The position numbers and the translations under genes were made by a program. 64,000 nt of DNA from Paraspadella gotoi. Taxonomy: Eukaryota; Animalia; Chaetognatha. The notes below the pieces were generated by a model. That model was not told the origin of the DNA and ran no database searches. It was given only the letters and a program-made list of their open reading frames with translations. The DNA lies in NCBI GenBank assembly GCA_051294375.1, contig CM119264.1, forward strand, positions 15,587,473-15,651,472, in the 5' to 3' direction. Positions 14,697 to 28,200 of this stretch are shown in pieces. Each line of letters begins with the position of its first letter. The first letter of the stretch is position 1.

Positions 14697-17600
14697 AATT
14701 TTTTCCCTCTAAAAACTTTTATTATCGCCATTTATTCCCAAATTTACATCCGAGATTTTCGTGAATTTTTTTTTCTAAATATTCTAAATATCAATCAGAA
14801 TAATATTTTTTTTCAATATATATTTTATTACTTTATTATTTTACTTTACTTCATTTTACTTCACTTTAGTCTTTACTTCACTTCGTCAGTCTGATTCAAG
14901 TTTCACCTTGTCTTTTGTCTGGGAATGTTGACAGTGTTTAGAGAGGTCGCATTCAATCAAACTGCTCGCTTATGCGGTCTAAAAGTAAAACAAAAGTACC
15001 TTCAATAATGTTTCTCCAGACTTAGCACTTGCTTAAAATTAAACTCGAAAATAAGTTATTTTACTGTTTTATATTTATTATTCTTTTTTTTTCTGTTTAT
15101 AAATTTTTTTTTCTAAAATTTGATTATTTTAGTGTCAAAATTTGTCAATTTTTTTTATGCGATTGCGACGATCCTTATGCTTTTAAGATTTTTTTGTCTC
15201 CAATTGATGCGCGCTAATGTATGCCTGTAACAAAGGGCTGAAAAAATTAAAAATTTCAGATGCAGCAATATTGGGAATTTTGACTGAAGGATTTTCGGGC
15301 TTGATATTATCAATATCAAATTCACCTTAATTGTGCTAAGTAGGGCGTCTTAAAGGGTGGTACCCATATATAACCTTTAACCAAAGTATTGATAACCTAG
15401 GGTAAAACGTCTTTTAACTATGGCTCAATGTTTTAGAGGCGTTTATGAAGAGCAGCTGTTATTCTTTCGGGTGCTTTGGGCAGGAGTGGTTTTTGCAACA
15501 GAGCTAATCGTATTGCATTATAGTTAGAACAAAGTCTGGTTAAATATCTTCAATTCAATTTTTTTATTTTAACGCATACAATGAGTCACAAATTAAAAAA
15601 ACGAAAAAGTGATACGGATTTTCTTAGTTTTGATTGACTACCCTGTAAATAGCGTTAGTGTATATCAAAGATAAAATGAATTCAAAATTAAAAATTTTTA
15701 TCAGAAGTTTTTTAATATTTTATTGAAATGGTGGATTCCCATCATTAGTGGCGACCTCTTCCGGTACAGTCACGCTTTGCGGGAAATAGTTAGGACTGTG
15801 GATAGAACAAACACATGTTTGGGATGGTGCATTCCCCCTCTGATTTTCTGAAGAAGGATAGGAGTGAGGCGTTATGAATATATCGCCACCATATTACTAT
15901 TTTTTTCAGGTTAAGAATTTTTAATATTGGATTTTAAAAGAGATAAAGCTAAACAAAGAATCTTATTAAATCTTTAAATTTTTTCTTTGATTGGATAAAA
16001 TTAGTAACATCTAAAAATTAGGGAATTGTAGAATACGGAAAATAAAGGACGAGACTAAGGAGAAATTTTGTGACGTCGGAGGTAGAAAACGAGTGAGACG
16101 AGCTCTCTCTACGATTATAAACGCCCGGACCACTTGACCTTACGGTCGCCTCGGTCTTATTAATGTGTCGGGGTAGGTCTAAGGTCATTGCCAAAGCTAG
16201 GGCAAAGTGTCCGTGGTGAACGACTGGCACGAAGGAGAGGGAGAGAGGAAGGTTCTTGTAACTAAGAGAGACCGGTCGTAACAAAATTATGATTTTTAAA
16301 GGTTTTTCCTTTCTTGACCCTTTTCACTTTTTGTGTTCTACTATATGAAACCGTCGTTCAAAAATATTTTTCATTGATTATGATATAATATATAATTGAA
16401 TGTCTTAAGCTTTGAATATGCTTTGCGAATTCAAAAAGTTTTATTACATAATATTACATAATATTTTCCACTTCATTGATAGGGAAGCCAGGTACTCTGG
16501 GAGTGAATAAACAGGACTGTGAGAGAGTCTTGATTGAAAGCTTGCAGGGACCTGCTATGTAATTATCTTGTAAGAGTGATGGAGGCCTTAAACCACCAAA
16601 GCCTGTCCAAAGTCAGGGGCAAGATAGCTTATTTATTAAATGAATGGATAATTTTTATATTGGTTGTACCAATTTCATAACTAATTAAATATTTAGTGTA
16701 TAAAGAACATAAATTAATATTACATAACTCCTCATGATATAAAGTGATAAATTCTGACCCGCCATAGTCCCCACGTTTACAAAAGATTTATTCCTTTTGG
16801 TTTTAATTCAAATTCATTCCTGTTGTAAAATATATTAACATAATTCAAATTATGCTTTTTCTAGAACGATCGACAATGGTATAGGGAGTGACCTTGTCTG
16901 CATGGGGGAACAACCTTTGCATGTGGTTCCTCTATTTAAGTATATAGATACTGACGAATCTGTAGAATTTTATGTTCCTCACTGGATCAACTTATCATTT
17001 TACCGGATGGATCATGGATTCTTGTCGTCATTCAATCCTCGTATCCGAGTTCCTGAGTTGAAGGTAACTTTTTTTTGCCAGCTCAATGAGTAGAGATTTG
17101 TTCTGGTAATTATTCTCTTATGGTTTCTATTATTCTTCGAAGTCAACAGTTCAACTGTTGATGTTCCTCAAACCTTTTTATAGCTTTTAGGATGCAAGAG
17201 CTTTGCTTATTCTTATTGAAAATTACCAGAGATGTATAGCTTTTAAAAGGTGGAAGCAGATTTTAAGTTAAATCTTAACATTCAACCTTTTTTAGTCGGA
17301 TCTGCTTATAAGCAGATCCCGACTCTATATTCTATAATTCACTTTGTCGGTCCGCCCCCTCAATCTTGTCGGGCATTCACTTATATCATGTCAGAACATC
17401 GAATTATGATAAATTATGACGCAGTGACAGATCACGCTTAATTTGCTTCCCACCCTACTTATGATCATTTTTACTTCACTCGTCGCCATATTTGATTTAT
17501 AATCCATGAGTGTTAACCGCCCACAAGAAGGGCTATAGGGTCAGGAAAAGAAGAAATCTGACAAAACGTCCAGAAAAATGCTTACAAAAAATTGTAGTAG

Positions 17601-20600
17601 CGTTATGTTAAGAGCCTTGGTTACCTTACGAATATACATAATGAGCTTTAACAATAGATATTCATTATCTACAGAAAAAGAGCAATATTTCAGACCCATT
17701 AGTAAATATTTTTTTATCTGGGAATAGTACAAAATATGCAAATGAATTATGATACTAGAATTACAAAATATTTTTTTCTTTTTATCTATATTTGAACTTG
17801 ATCATTGTAATAGACCATCATCATCAACAGCAAAGATTTTCAAAAAGATTTTTCAAAAGAGCAATCTTTTGCCAATATGCATGATAAATTTGGCTGCTTA
17901 ATATGCAAGAATAATATGCTTAATTAATTTTTAATTATTGAAAAAGATAGAATAATTCAATTTTCGAAAAAAACATTTTTGTGTTCAGAATTTTAGATCG
18001 AGACTATGAACCAAAATTTTGCATTTTGAAAAATATCAGATTCAAGGCATTCGATTTTTGGAACAATCTGATGTTTTTCGTTTTTTGATATCTTTATTTT
18101 TTATGCAAAACTAAAATTCTGAATGACCATTGGTAAAGTAGAATATTTTTTCAAAATCTTTAAAGAAGTAAAGCTTTGCTCAAATTGAGAATATTAGATG
18201 TTTTATATAAAAAAAATGATAAAAGCTTAAAATAAAATAAACTTTAAAAAATATATGTTTGTATTTGTATCTATTTAAAATTGTAATATGAAAAACAAGC
18301 AGTGGGTCAAGCTTTTTGTTTCCAGTTAAAAATAATGAAAAATGATTATTTTTTTTTCACAGACAAAAAGGTAGACAACCAAACTGTTTATATTAAACTG
18401 AAAATAACTTTTAATTTATAATTTTACATATTTAAGATAACATTTTATCATGCTACTATATGTATTTTTGCTTGTTTTTACTTTAACTAAAAAATACATG
18501 CAAATTTAAGGAGTAAAAGAACTTTATTAGTAATCAAAATGTAATTCAGTCATTCCTTTTTCCAAATCCGAAAGAAAAACAAAAAAATTCATATGCCTTC
18601 ATTAAAATGTTTTACTCCGAAAACTGTTATACTTTTAACTAGGTTTTAAACAAATCCTGTCTTAACATTTTTGGATAAAATTTATAGAAAGTAGTTCAGA
18701 AAGGTGCCCCATGATTAGGGCTTTAATTTGATACCTCGCCCACCATCCTATCTCTTTTCTTTCAAAATTTATCCAAAAAAAGAACTTTTTTTATCATCAG
18801 AGAACTAAGGATTTGAACTACGCAGTATAAATCTTTGTTAAATAAAAATTTCGGCAAAGCGGGAGTATCTCAATTTATACTATTTGTATAATACCTAAAT
18901 TTCAAAATAAAATCTAAAGAAAATTTTTTTATCATCTAGAGACATATCACTTTCAGTTGTACCCATCGTCTTACTCGTTTATGGCTTATTGTTTAAGAAT
19001 TCAGAGAAATAAAGTATCTAATCCAAATTTCAACTTTTACACTGTATTTTACTGTATCATTCTAGCCGAATTATATTTTGCATGTATTTGTGCAGCATAA
19101 CTGTCAGGAAGGGATGGCTTGTTAGTACAAATGGTCAGACAAAGTAAATTCAATGACCAATATTTTTTTTTCGTGCACATGAAATTAAGCGTGATCTGTC
19201 CGTCCATCCGTCCGTCCGTCCATCCGTCCCACCTTAGCAAAAAACTCCAATCGTGATTGGATGGATTGAAATGAAATTTTGTGTGTGGGTATCCCTAGTA
19301 AAGCGTAGTAAAAATTCTAAATTTAACTTTAATTAAAATTCTAAAATACAAATATTAAAATTTCCAAATAGTTTTTTATAAAATTTTTTTGAAGATTCGG
19401 ATTCGTCATGAAAAGTTGATATAAAGAAATATAACTCTTTTTTAAAAATTCTTTCATTAAGTTGCTCAAATATAAAAAAACCTATATTTTAACTTTTAAT
19501 TTAAGCTGAAAATTTAAATTTTATATATTAAATATAGTTTTGTTAATTTTTAACCCACTTAATGAAAGAATTTTTAAAAATGATTTATATTTTCTTTTAT
19601 AAACTTTTGATGAGGAATTCAAATCTGCAATCAAAATTAAGAAAAGCCAATTTTGAAATTTTTCGATTTTATAAGGATAGTATTGAAGAGACAGTAATTA
19701 TTATTATGTGTTAGTGACAGAACCGTTCAATGTAAGCAGTCCCTGAGCTTCGGATCAGGCTGTAACACCGTTTTACAGGCGGGTTAAGCGCCCCGTCCCT
19801 CTTTGGGTTGGGAGGCGAATGACTTGCCTCCGGCACCAATGGCCGCTGATGAACGGTTGGTGGATTTTAGTCCACCATACATCCCCCCCTCCCGTAGAGA
19901 GAAGTCTATTGCGTCTCTTCAGTGAATTGTTGGTGGAAAGTGCGTCACCAAGTTGAGGCATGTCGCCTGATGCGTTGTTGGCGGAAAGTGCATCGCCAGT
20001 TTGAGGCATGTCGTCTGAAAGTGTTGTTGTTGCTGTTGTGTTTGGAAGTCGGGCTCACCAATGAAGAGACAGTAATTATCAGTAATTGACAGAACCGTTC
20101 AATATAAACAGTCCCTGAGCTTCGGATCAGGCTGTAACACCGTGTTACAGGTGGGTTAAGCGCCCCGTCCCTCTTAACTGCTAGGCGGCCACCGGGCTAG
20201 AACCCCGGACCTTTGGGTTGGGAGGCGAATGACTTGCCTCCGGCACCAATGGCCGCTGATGAATGGTTGGTGGATTTTAGTCCACCATAGTACTATATAT
20301 ATTATATAAATATATATATAAATATAGCCTACTGCGAAAATTGAAGAATGTAAAATTTTTTTTTTTTTTACAAATTAATGTTCACTGATAGTATGTTGTT
20401 CATAATTGACATTTATAATTTTTGTATGTAACTCACTACACTTTAACTTTCCGTTCGCGAGTGATACCAAAAAATCTTTAATATATTTTAAATATTTAAT
20501 AAATATAATTTGTAAGTATATCATTAGTTGGTATTGAGCCATGGATCATTGTGCTTTTAAATTTTTAAAATTTTTAATAATAAATAAATAATAATAATTT

Positions 20601-22008
20601 ATAATAATAAAACGCTCAATAGGGTAGTGCGGGGTATTTCGGAACAATGACATGTAAAATGAAATAAAAAAATTGTTTAAAGATATTTTAAAATTTTTTT
20701 TTGGTGTATTAAATATTTCACCAACTTGACTTTCCATTATTATAGTTAGAGCATTCCCCTTCTGCTGCTAAAATTAAATTAGATTTTTTTTTCAAAAAGA
20801 TTAATCAATTAGTACTTTTGAACAGATTATTTGAAAATAAAGATACAAATATGTTCTCAAAATGCAGTTCTACTTATTAGGCTTCAAAATAAGTTTTTTT
20901 ATTAATAATAATTTTAATATAAACAATTTTAAAAACAAACAAATTTGAAAAATATTAATATTTACTTTAATTAGGTATTAAAAGTTAAAGCATTATATTT
21001 GTTAATATTTTTACACATTTGTCTATTAATAATATATATCAAATATTTATAAATATTTTTTTTTTTGATAAGTAATAAAACCTATAATTACTTTTTAAAG
21101 CTGGATATGATTTTGAATTAAAGTGCTCAGCTGATATTTATCTGTTATTTTATTTGAGATTAAGTTTTAATTAAATATTACATATTTAAAAAAAAATTAA
21201 TTATCTGTTTTATTGATTTTTATAATAATTTTATATTAATTTTTTTGAAATTTGTTTTAAGGCCTAATAAGTAGAACTGCATTTTGAGAACTTTTATTTT
21301 TAAGAACTGATTGATTAATAATTTTTTTTTTAATTATGATTTTTACTTTTAAATCAATAACAAAAAATTGTAGAAAGTTAGGAGAGGTCTCAAATTAAAG
21401 CTTATGCTCTGTAGATAATGATAGATGTATAGACATTAAAATTGTAGGCATATTCATTAAACTACTTAAAAATTTTTATAAAAAAATTAAAAAAACTTTA
21501 ATTAGCATTTAAAAAATTATATTAATGAAAAATTTAAAAAAATAAAATTCAGCCAATAATGATGATGATGATTATTTTTTAAGGTTTTTTCTATTTTTAA
21601 CCAATTTATTGTCAAAATTTGAAAAAATTATAGTACTAACTTTCATTTAACTTTTTAAGCTCTACAAGAACCCGTTCTTAAAAAAATCGCGTTTTTAAAA
21701 TTTTTTTTGTCATTTGTTATATATTAATAAATATTTAAAAGCTTCAGTGCAACAACCCAATGAACTAATTCAAAAAGTTACATTGAAAATCGATTTAGTA
21801 GTAGAAGGAAAAAAGAAACTTTTTTGAGAGAACTAGAAGTTATAAAAAGTGTTCAATTTTGGCCCGCCTTACTAGATATATTGCATGTGATTAAACAATG
21901 TTATCGGAATAATAATTTTATCAATTTTATGTATTTTGTAAGTATTTTAAGTATTTTTATTAAGTGAGTAAAATAACAACTTTTTTATTCGCTAATTTTT
22001 ATCTCGGA

Positions 22009-22040
<32 letters not shown>

Positions 22041-22183
22041 TTGCAATTTACAACGATCCTTATGCTCATTTTTCTGCTCTCTCTCTCTCACTCTCTTTGC
22101 AATTTCGACGATCCTTATACTCATTTTTCTGCTCTCTCTCTCTCTCTCTTTGCAATTGCGACGATCCTTATGCTCATTTTTCT

Positions 22184-22224
<41 letters not shown>

Positions 22225-25200
22225 TTGCAATTGCAACGATCCTTATGCTTTTAGGATTTTTTTAACTTGCTTCATTTTTCTGCTTGCATCATTTTTTCAA
22301 CTTGCATCATTTTTTTAAATTGCATCATTTTTTCACATTAATTAATTAATTAATTAAGACATTTATTAGTAATAATAAATTATTAATCATAAATAATAAA
22401 GATTCAAGTAAATGTGACTTATGTTTTTTCCATTTAAACTCATTTCCACTGGCACAATTCCGTCAAAACTTTATATCTAGCTTCTTCACACACTTTCCTA
22501 CAAAATTTCATCTCAATCTATTATGGGTTAAAATAAGTAAAAAAATTCAAGTAAATGTGACTCATATTTTTTTCATTTTAACTCATTTCCACTCGTACGT
22601 TTCCACCGACACTTTATATCAAGCATCGTTACACAATTTTCTACCCACACAAAAAATTTGAACTATATAAAATTATGATTAATTAGAGTACTTATTGGTT
22701 AAAATAAGTAAAAATATTTTAGTAAATGCGACTTATGTTTTTTCCACTTAAACTCATTTCCACTCACACGATTCCGTCGAAACTTTATATCCAGCTTTAT
22801 CACACATTTTCCTACCGACACACAAAATTTCATTCCAATCCAACCAGCCAATCACGAGTTTTTGGAGCTTTTTGCTAAGGTGGGACGGATGAATTGATTG
22901 ACTGATTAATTAATTATTGATTAATTAATTGACTAATTGAATAATTAACTGATTAATTATTTGATTTATTAATACATCCTGCATATACATTTAATATAAA
23001 AGGAAAAAGAATCATAATCAATTAGTGAAACAGGTTTTTTGTTTTTTCCATTTAAACTCATTTCCACTCAAAAGATTCCATCGAAACTTGGTTTCCTGTT
23101 CAATCACACACTTTTCTACTCACATACAAAATTCCAGGTCAATCGATAATTAAGTGGTAATAAGCTAACTTGGTCAACTGACATAATTTGGTTAACTGAC
23201 ATAATTTGGTCTACTGACATAATTTGATCAATTAAGATAATTTGGTCAACCGGCTTAATTTGGTCAACAGGCATAATTTTATCAACTGGCCTAATTTGGT
23301 CAACTGGCATAATTTGGTCAACTGGCATAATTTGGTCAACAGGCATAATTTGGTCAACTTTAAGAATTTGGTCAACTGGCTTATTTTTGTCAATTGGCAT
23401 AATTTGGTCAATCAATCAATCAATCAATCAGAGAGAGATAGAGAGAGAGAAACTTTAAAAAATTCAAATAAATGTGTTTTTTGGTTTTCTAATTTGAACT
23501 TTTTTCCACTGCTACGATTCCATCAAAAAATTTATATCCAGCTTTATCACATACTTTCCTACCCACACACAAAAATCAATTTTGATTTATCTATCCAATT
23601 TTTAATAAATATAATAATTATGAGTAAATTTAAGTAAAAATACTTCAAGTAAATATGACTTTTGTTTTTTCCATTTTAACTCATTTCCACTCGCACGATT
23701 CCATCGAAACTTTATATCCAGCTCAATCACACACTTTCCTACCATCATACAAAATTTCAAGTCAATTGCCCTATCCACTCATGAGCAATTGGCGTTCAAA
23801 TAGTGAAATATATTTTTTTTTGTTTTTTCCATTTAAACCAATTTCCACTCGCACGATTTCCTCGAAACTTCATATCCATCTCAATCACACAGTTTCCGAT
23901 CCACACACAAAATTTCATAACAATCCATCCATCCAATCACGAGTAATTGGAGTTTTTTGCTAAGGTGGGACGGACGGACGGACGGACATCGGTTTTTTTA
24001 CATAATTAATCATAATTGGATGTTCTGACATGATATAAGCGTGTGCCCGACAATATTGAGGGGGCGGCCCGACGGACCGACAAAGTGAATTATAGAGTCG
24101 GGATCTGCTAATAAGCAGATCCGACTAAAAAATATACAAACTTGGAATGGAATTTAACGCCTAAATATGGTTAAAAAATTATTTTGAGACAAAATTTAGA
24201 TCAAATTAATATAAATTAATGTAAATATAAAAATTTAGAAAAGGAAATAAAAAATAAAATACAATTTAAAAAGATAAATAAAATTGATAAATAAAAAAGT
24301 ATAAGAAAAAATAACATTAGAAATAAAAAATGAGGGGAAAAACCAATATTAATAAAAAGATGGGGACGATATTCAGGAATGAAAAGAAATAAAAAACTTT
24401 TTAAAAAATATTATAAATAAAAAAATTATATACAAATGTTGTATCTATTGTCATTCAATAATTTTTCAAAAATGAGAACATGGTATTAAAAATTATTTTA
24501 CCCACTTTAAAATGTAAGATTAAAAATTTATTATACATTCCAAATAAGTGTTTTAATTATCATTTTTGTAATATTATAAAAAATTATACATATATATATT
24601 TTTAAAAATGCTGCGCCAAGGGGCTGCAGGGAAAAAACAAAGACATCAACCTGTAGCGGAAACACTTTTCTAGATATATCACCAGTAAATTTTTTTTTTC
24701 TAAATAAATTTACTATGTGAAAAATTTAAATACTTCCAAAAGTGTTCCGAATTACCCCGCACTACCCTATTACTAATAGTATTTGTTTTAAAACTAATCT
24801 TTCAAAAATTTCATTTTCTTTTTCTACTTAAACAAAAACCTACTTTAAACCCACCAATTTAATTTATTAACAGTTAATTTTTATTTTAGTCTAAACTATT
24901 TTTACTGTTTGTACATTGTATAATGTATTGTCTCTCTCTCCCTCTCTCTCTCTCACTCCTTTCACCATTTCATTTCACCTCCAAAAAATTCAATATCTCT
25001 GTCTCTAACTTAACCTGTCCTCACACATTCAACCACTGTCCTTTCTCAATTCTGTGTTGGAAAACTTTGCCCTCTCTCTCTGTTTCCCTCTCCCTTCTTT
25101 ATGCACCAAATATTGAAATAATTCACAACTGTCCTTAACTGCGCTGAAGAAGGTTCGTAAACCGAACCGAAACATATCCATTTATTACTATTAAATAAAT

Positions 25201-28200
25201 TCGTTGCCGAATCACAATTTAAACTTTTTCCTATGTCCCAAACGCAACGAAAAGAAAGGAAATTATAACAATAACTATTTATTTTTAAAAAATTATTAAG
25301 TGTCTGGGAAAAAACGGATCACTTTAGATAAAATTAAATGCATACACCTGAAGGGCGGACACTTTCTTAACTGTATCACCAGAAAAGTGTTCCCACACTT
25401 GAAAATCCAAGTCGGTTGGAAAAAATATTTTACTCAAATAAGATTTAACCAACAGTTAAAGATTTTTATGGGATAAGTTGATATATTTATGCCTTTTGAG
25501 TATAGATTTTGGACTGTGCTTTAAATGTATTATTTATTGAATTTTTTACTTGATATTCTAAGCAATAAAATTTAAAATTACGTTGTCCAGATGTTTTCCG
25601 GTTGTTGCGAGTCGCTGAAGACTTCCACGCAAAAAATCGACGTTTTTGGCCATGCGGGGCCGGATATTCCTAATGGTGGCTTTGACATTGAATTTGAGGA
25701 CTTCGATTCTTATGACGCTTCAGTCTTTGCTGTTGCGAAACAGAAAATTAATGTCCATGGCGCTGCCTTATGTTCGTCGGCGGATAGGATAAAGGTGTTG
25801 GCAGATGATTCGAGTTGGAACGCTTCATGGGATCACCCGGTGGTTGGTTCGTTCCCATGCGCCCCTCGAAAAAGGGATGAGTCCAATCCCCCCAAGTAAT
25901 TTTTTTTGTGGGGGGAGAGGGAATTGTTTTTATAATTCTCGTGAAAAAATATATCTTGTAAGAGTGATGGATGCCTTAAACCACCAAAGCCTGTCCAAAT
26001 TCAGGGGCAAGATAGCTTATTTATTAAATGAAAGGATAATTTTTATATTGGTTCTATTGTATTGTATTGTTTCAGAGTGACTCCAGCGTCTCAATCATCA
26101 TTTGTCGGAAGTCTAGAAAGTGACGGAAGCGTCGATATCTTATTATCCGCAGTGCTCGGTGCAACTACGATTAAAGACAGGCATCAGTTGACAACGAGAA
26201 TAAATCAAGCTTTTGATCCAATCAAGAATTTTCAGGACAAAATCAAGCAGGTTAGGACGCAATGTAGTCTCATAGAACCTTTTTATAAAGTGAAGGCCAG
26301 GCTTCTTTGTGACGTCGTCGTCGTCACGCTGTTTTTATATAAAAACTTATGGCAACAGCCGGGTTGCCTGTGATGCCCATTGGGATGGGGCATCTCACTG
26401 TTGGCTTTGGGGGCTTCCGACCCTCAGTGACGCCTCCAGTCACTGGCGCGGTTACCCGAGGACGGTCTCACTTTGCCAACGCAGAGGGAAGTCGTTAGGA
26501 CTGTGGATGGAACACTACGCCTGGGATGGTGTGTTCCCCCTCTGAGCCAATGGATTAGGCTGTAGGATAGTGGACGTGAGGCGGTGTGAATATACCGCCA
26601 CAAACTACGCTTTTATAGGTTTGGCTGGGACTTACCGGTTTTTTTAAATAAAAATTATTATGAATTATGATAAAGTTTTACAAAAGTGTGCGGTCATAGT
26701 AAGTTAAAAATTTAGATTTTAAAGTACTCATTATAATATCCAAATTAGTATACAGAAATGCTTTAATCTAATTTACATATTGCAGTATATAATATTGAAG
26801 ATGAAATTCCTAAAATTTTTTTTAAATCTATAATATTCATGGTAATTATCCTTTCTTTTTCGTTGTTTGAGTGAGAGATTAACAAAGTTTGATTTTATTT
26901 TGCAACGAATTTTATTTTATAAGAGCAGACATGTTTCGCGCTCACAATACGAGCCTTCTTCAGCGCACATGAGTTATGAACTTGATACAAGTTTTTAGTT
27001 AAAGTAAAAGAGAGAGAGAGAGAGAGAGAGGGTTTAAAGGTTTCCAACAAAGAATTGAGTAAGGACAGTGATCAGTGGTGAGGACAGATTTTTGGAAGTG
27101 CCTAGTTTGAATAAGTTTTGAAAAGAAGTGAAAATTGGTGAGAGAGATAGAGAGAGAGAGAGAGAGACAAAATAAATAAATAATTACATTTGAGCAATGT
27201 ACAACATAGATAAAGATAATGGAAACTGTTTAAATAACAATTAAAAATATAAATTAATTTTTGAAATTGAAATTGAAAAGTTGAAATTGAAATTGAGAAG
27301 TTGAAAATTTGAGATTTTAGAGAGATAGATAAGTAAAGATTGTAGTGAAATATAAGAATTAAGAAAGGCTCAAAATGAGCTGGGGCCCCCCGGTCTTATG
27401 AAGGAGAGGTATTGGCTGACGGGTGCCGGGTTATTGCGCGCGTCATGGGTTCAGAGGATAATGGGATTGATTCTCGTGTTGGCTGGGTCAGGTATTGCTC
27501 CCTGAGGAAACAAACCCAAGGCCACCCTTATATCCCTCTGGCCTGATGCGCCGCCGGCGGCCTCTTCTCACCTGACGGTGAGGTGGGCGGGTATCCACTC
27601 TTGCCATTTTAGTGACTGGGATGGTGGAATCCTCTTCATCTTCCTGTAGCCGTCGTTTGGGGCGACGCCCAGACCTCGAGATTTTCACTTCTTTTCAAAA
27701 CTATTCAAACTAGCCACTTGCAAAAATCTGTCCTCACCACTGATCACTGTCCTTACTCAATTCTTTGTTGGAAACCTTTAACCCTCTCTCTCTCCCTCTC
27801 TCTCTCTCTTTTACTTTAACTAAAAACTTGTATCAAGTTCATAACTCATGTGGCGCTGAAGAAGGCTCGTATTGTGAGCCGAAACATGTCTGCTCTTATA
27901 AAATAAAAATCGTTGGCAAAATAAAATCAAACTTTGTTAAATCTATAATAAAAATGGGAAATCAAAAGACCTTTTTAAATGAGAAAGCTTCTTAATTTTA
28001 ATACAAATAAAAATAAAATCGTTAACGACCTATGATTGGAAAAAATTGGAAAAATTTCCTATTGTAACATTTTTTGCCTTTCTTTTATTTATTTTTTAAT
28101 TGTATATATTTTTTTTCAAGCGCTGCCTTTTCTGAATCGTTTAAAAACGAGTTCAGGCTCTCTCTCCGTCTCTCTCAGTCTCTCTCTGTCTTTCTCTGTG

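Larger units (their letters stand above)
26878..27943. mobile_element. Penelope-like remnant with inverted pseudo-LTRs (arms ~26878-27137 and ~27681-27943); related single repeat ~24900-25260
   Basis: ~250-bp inverted arms, each ending in hammerhead + AATAAA; no RT/GIY-YIG ORF visible. Confidence 0.6.
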
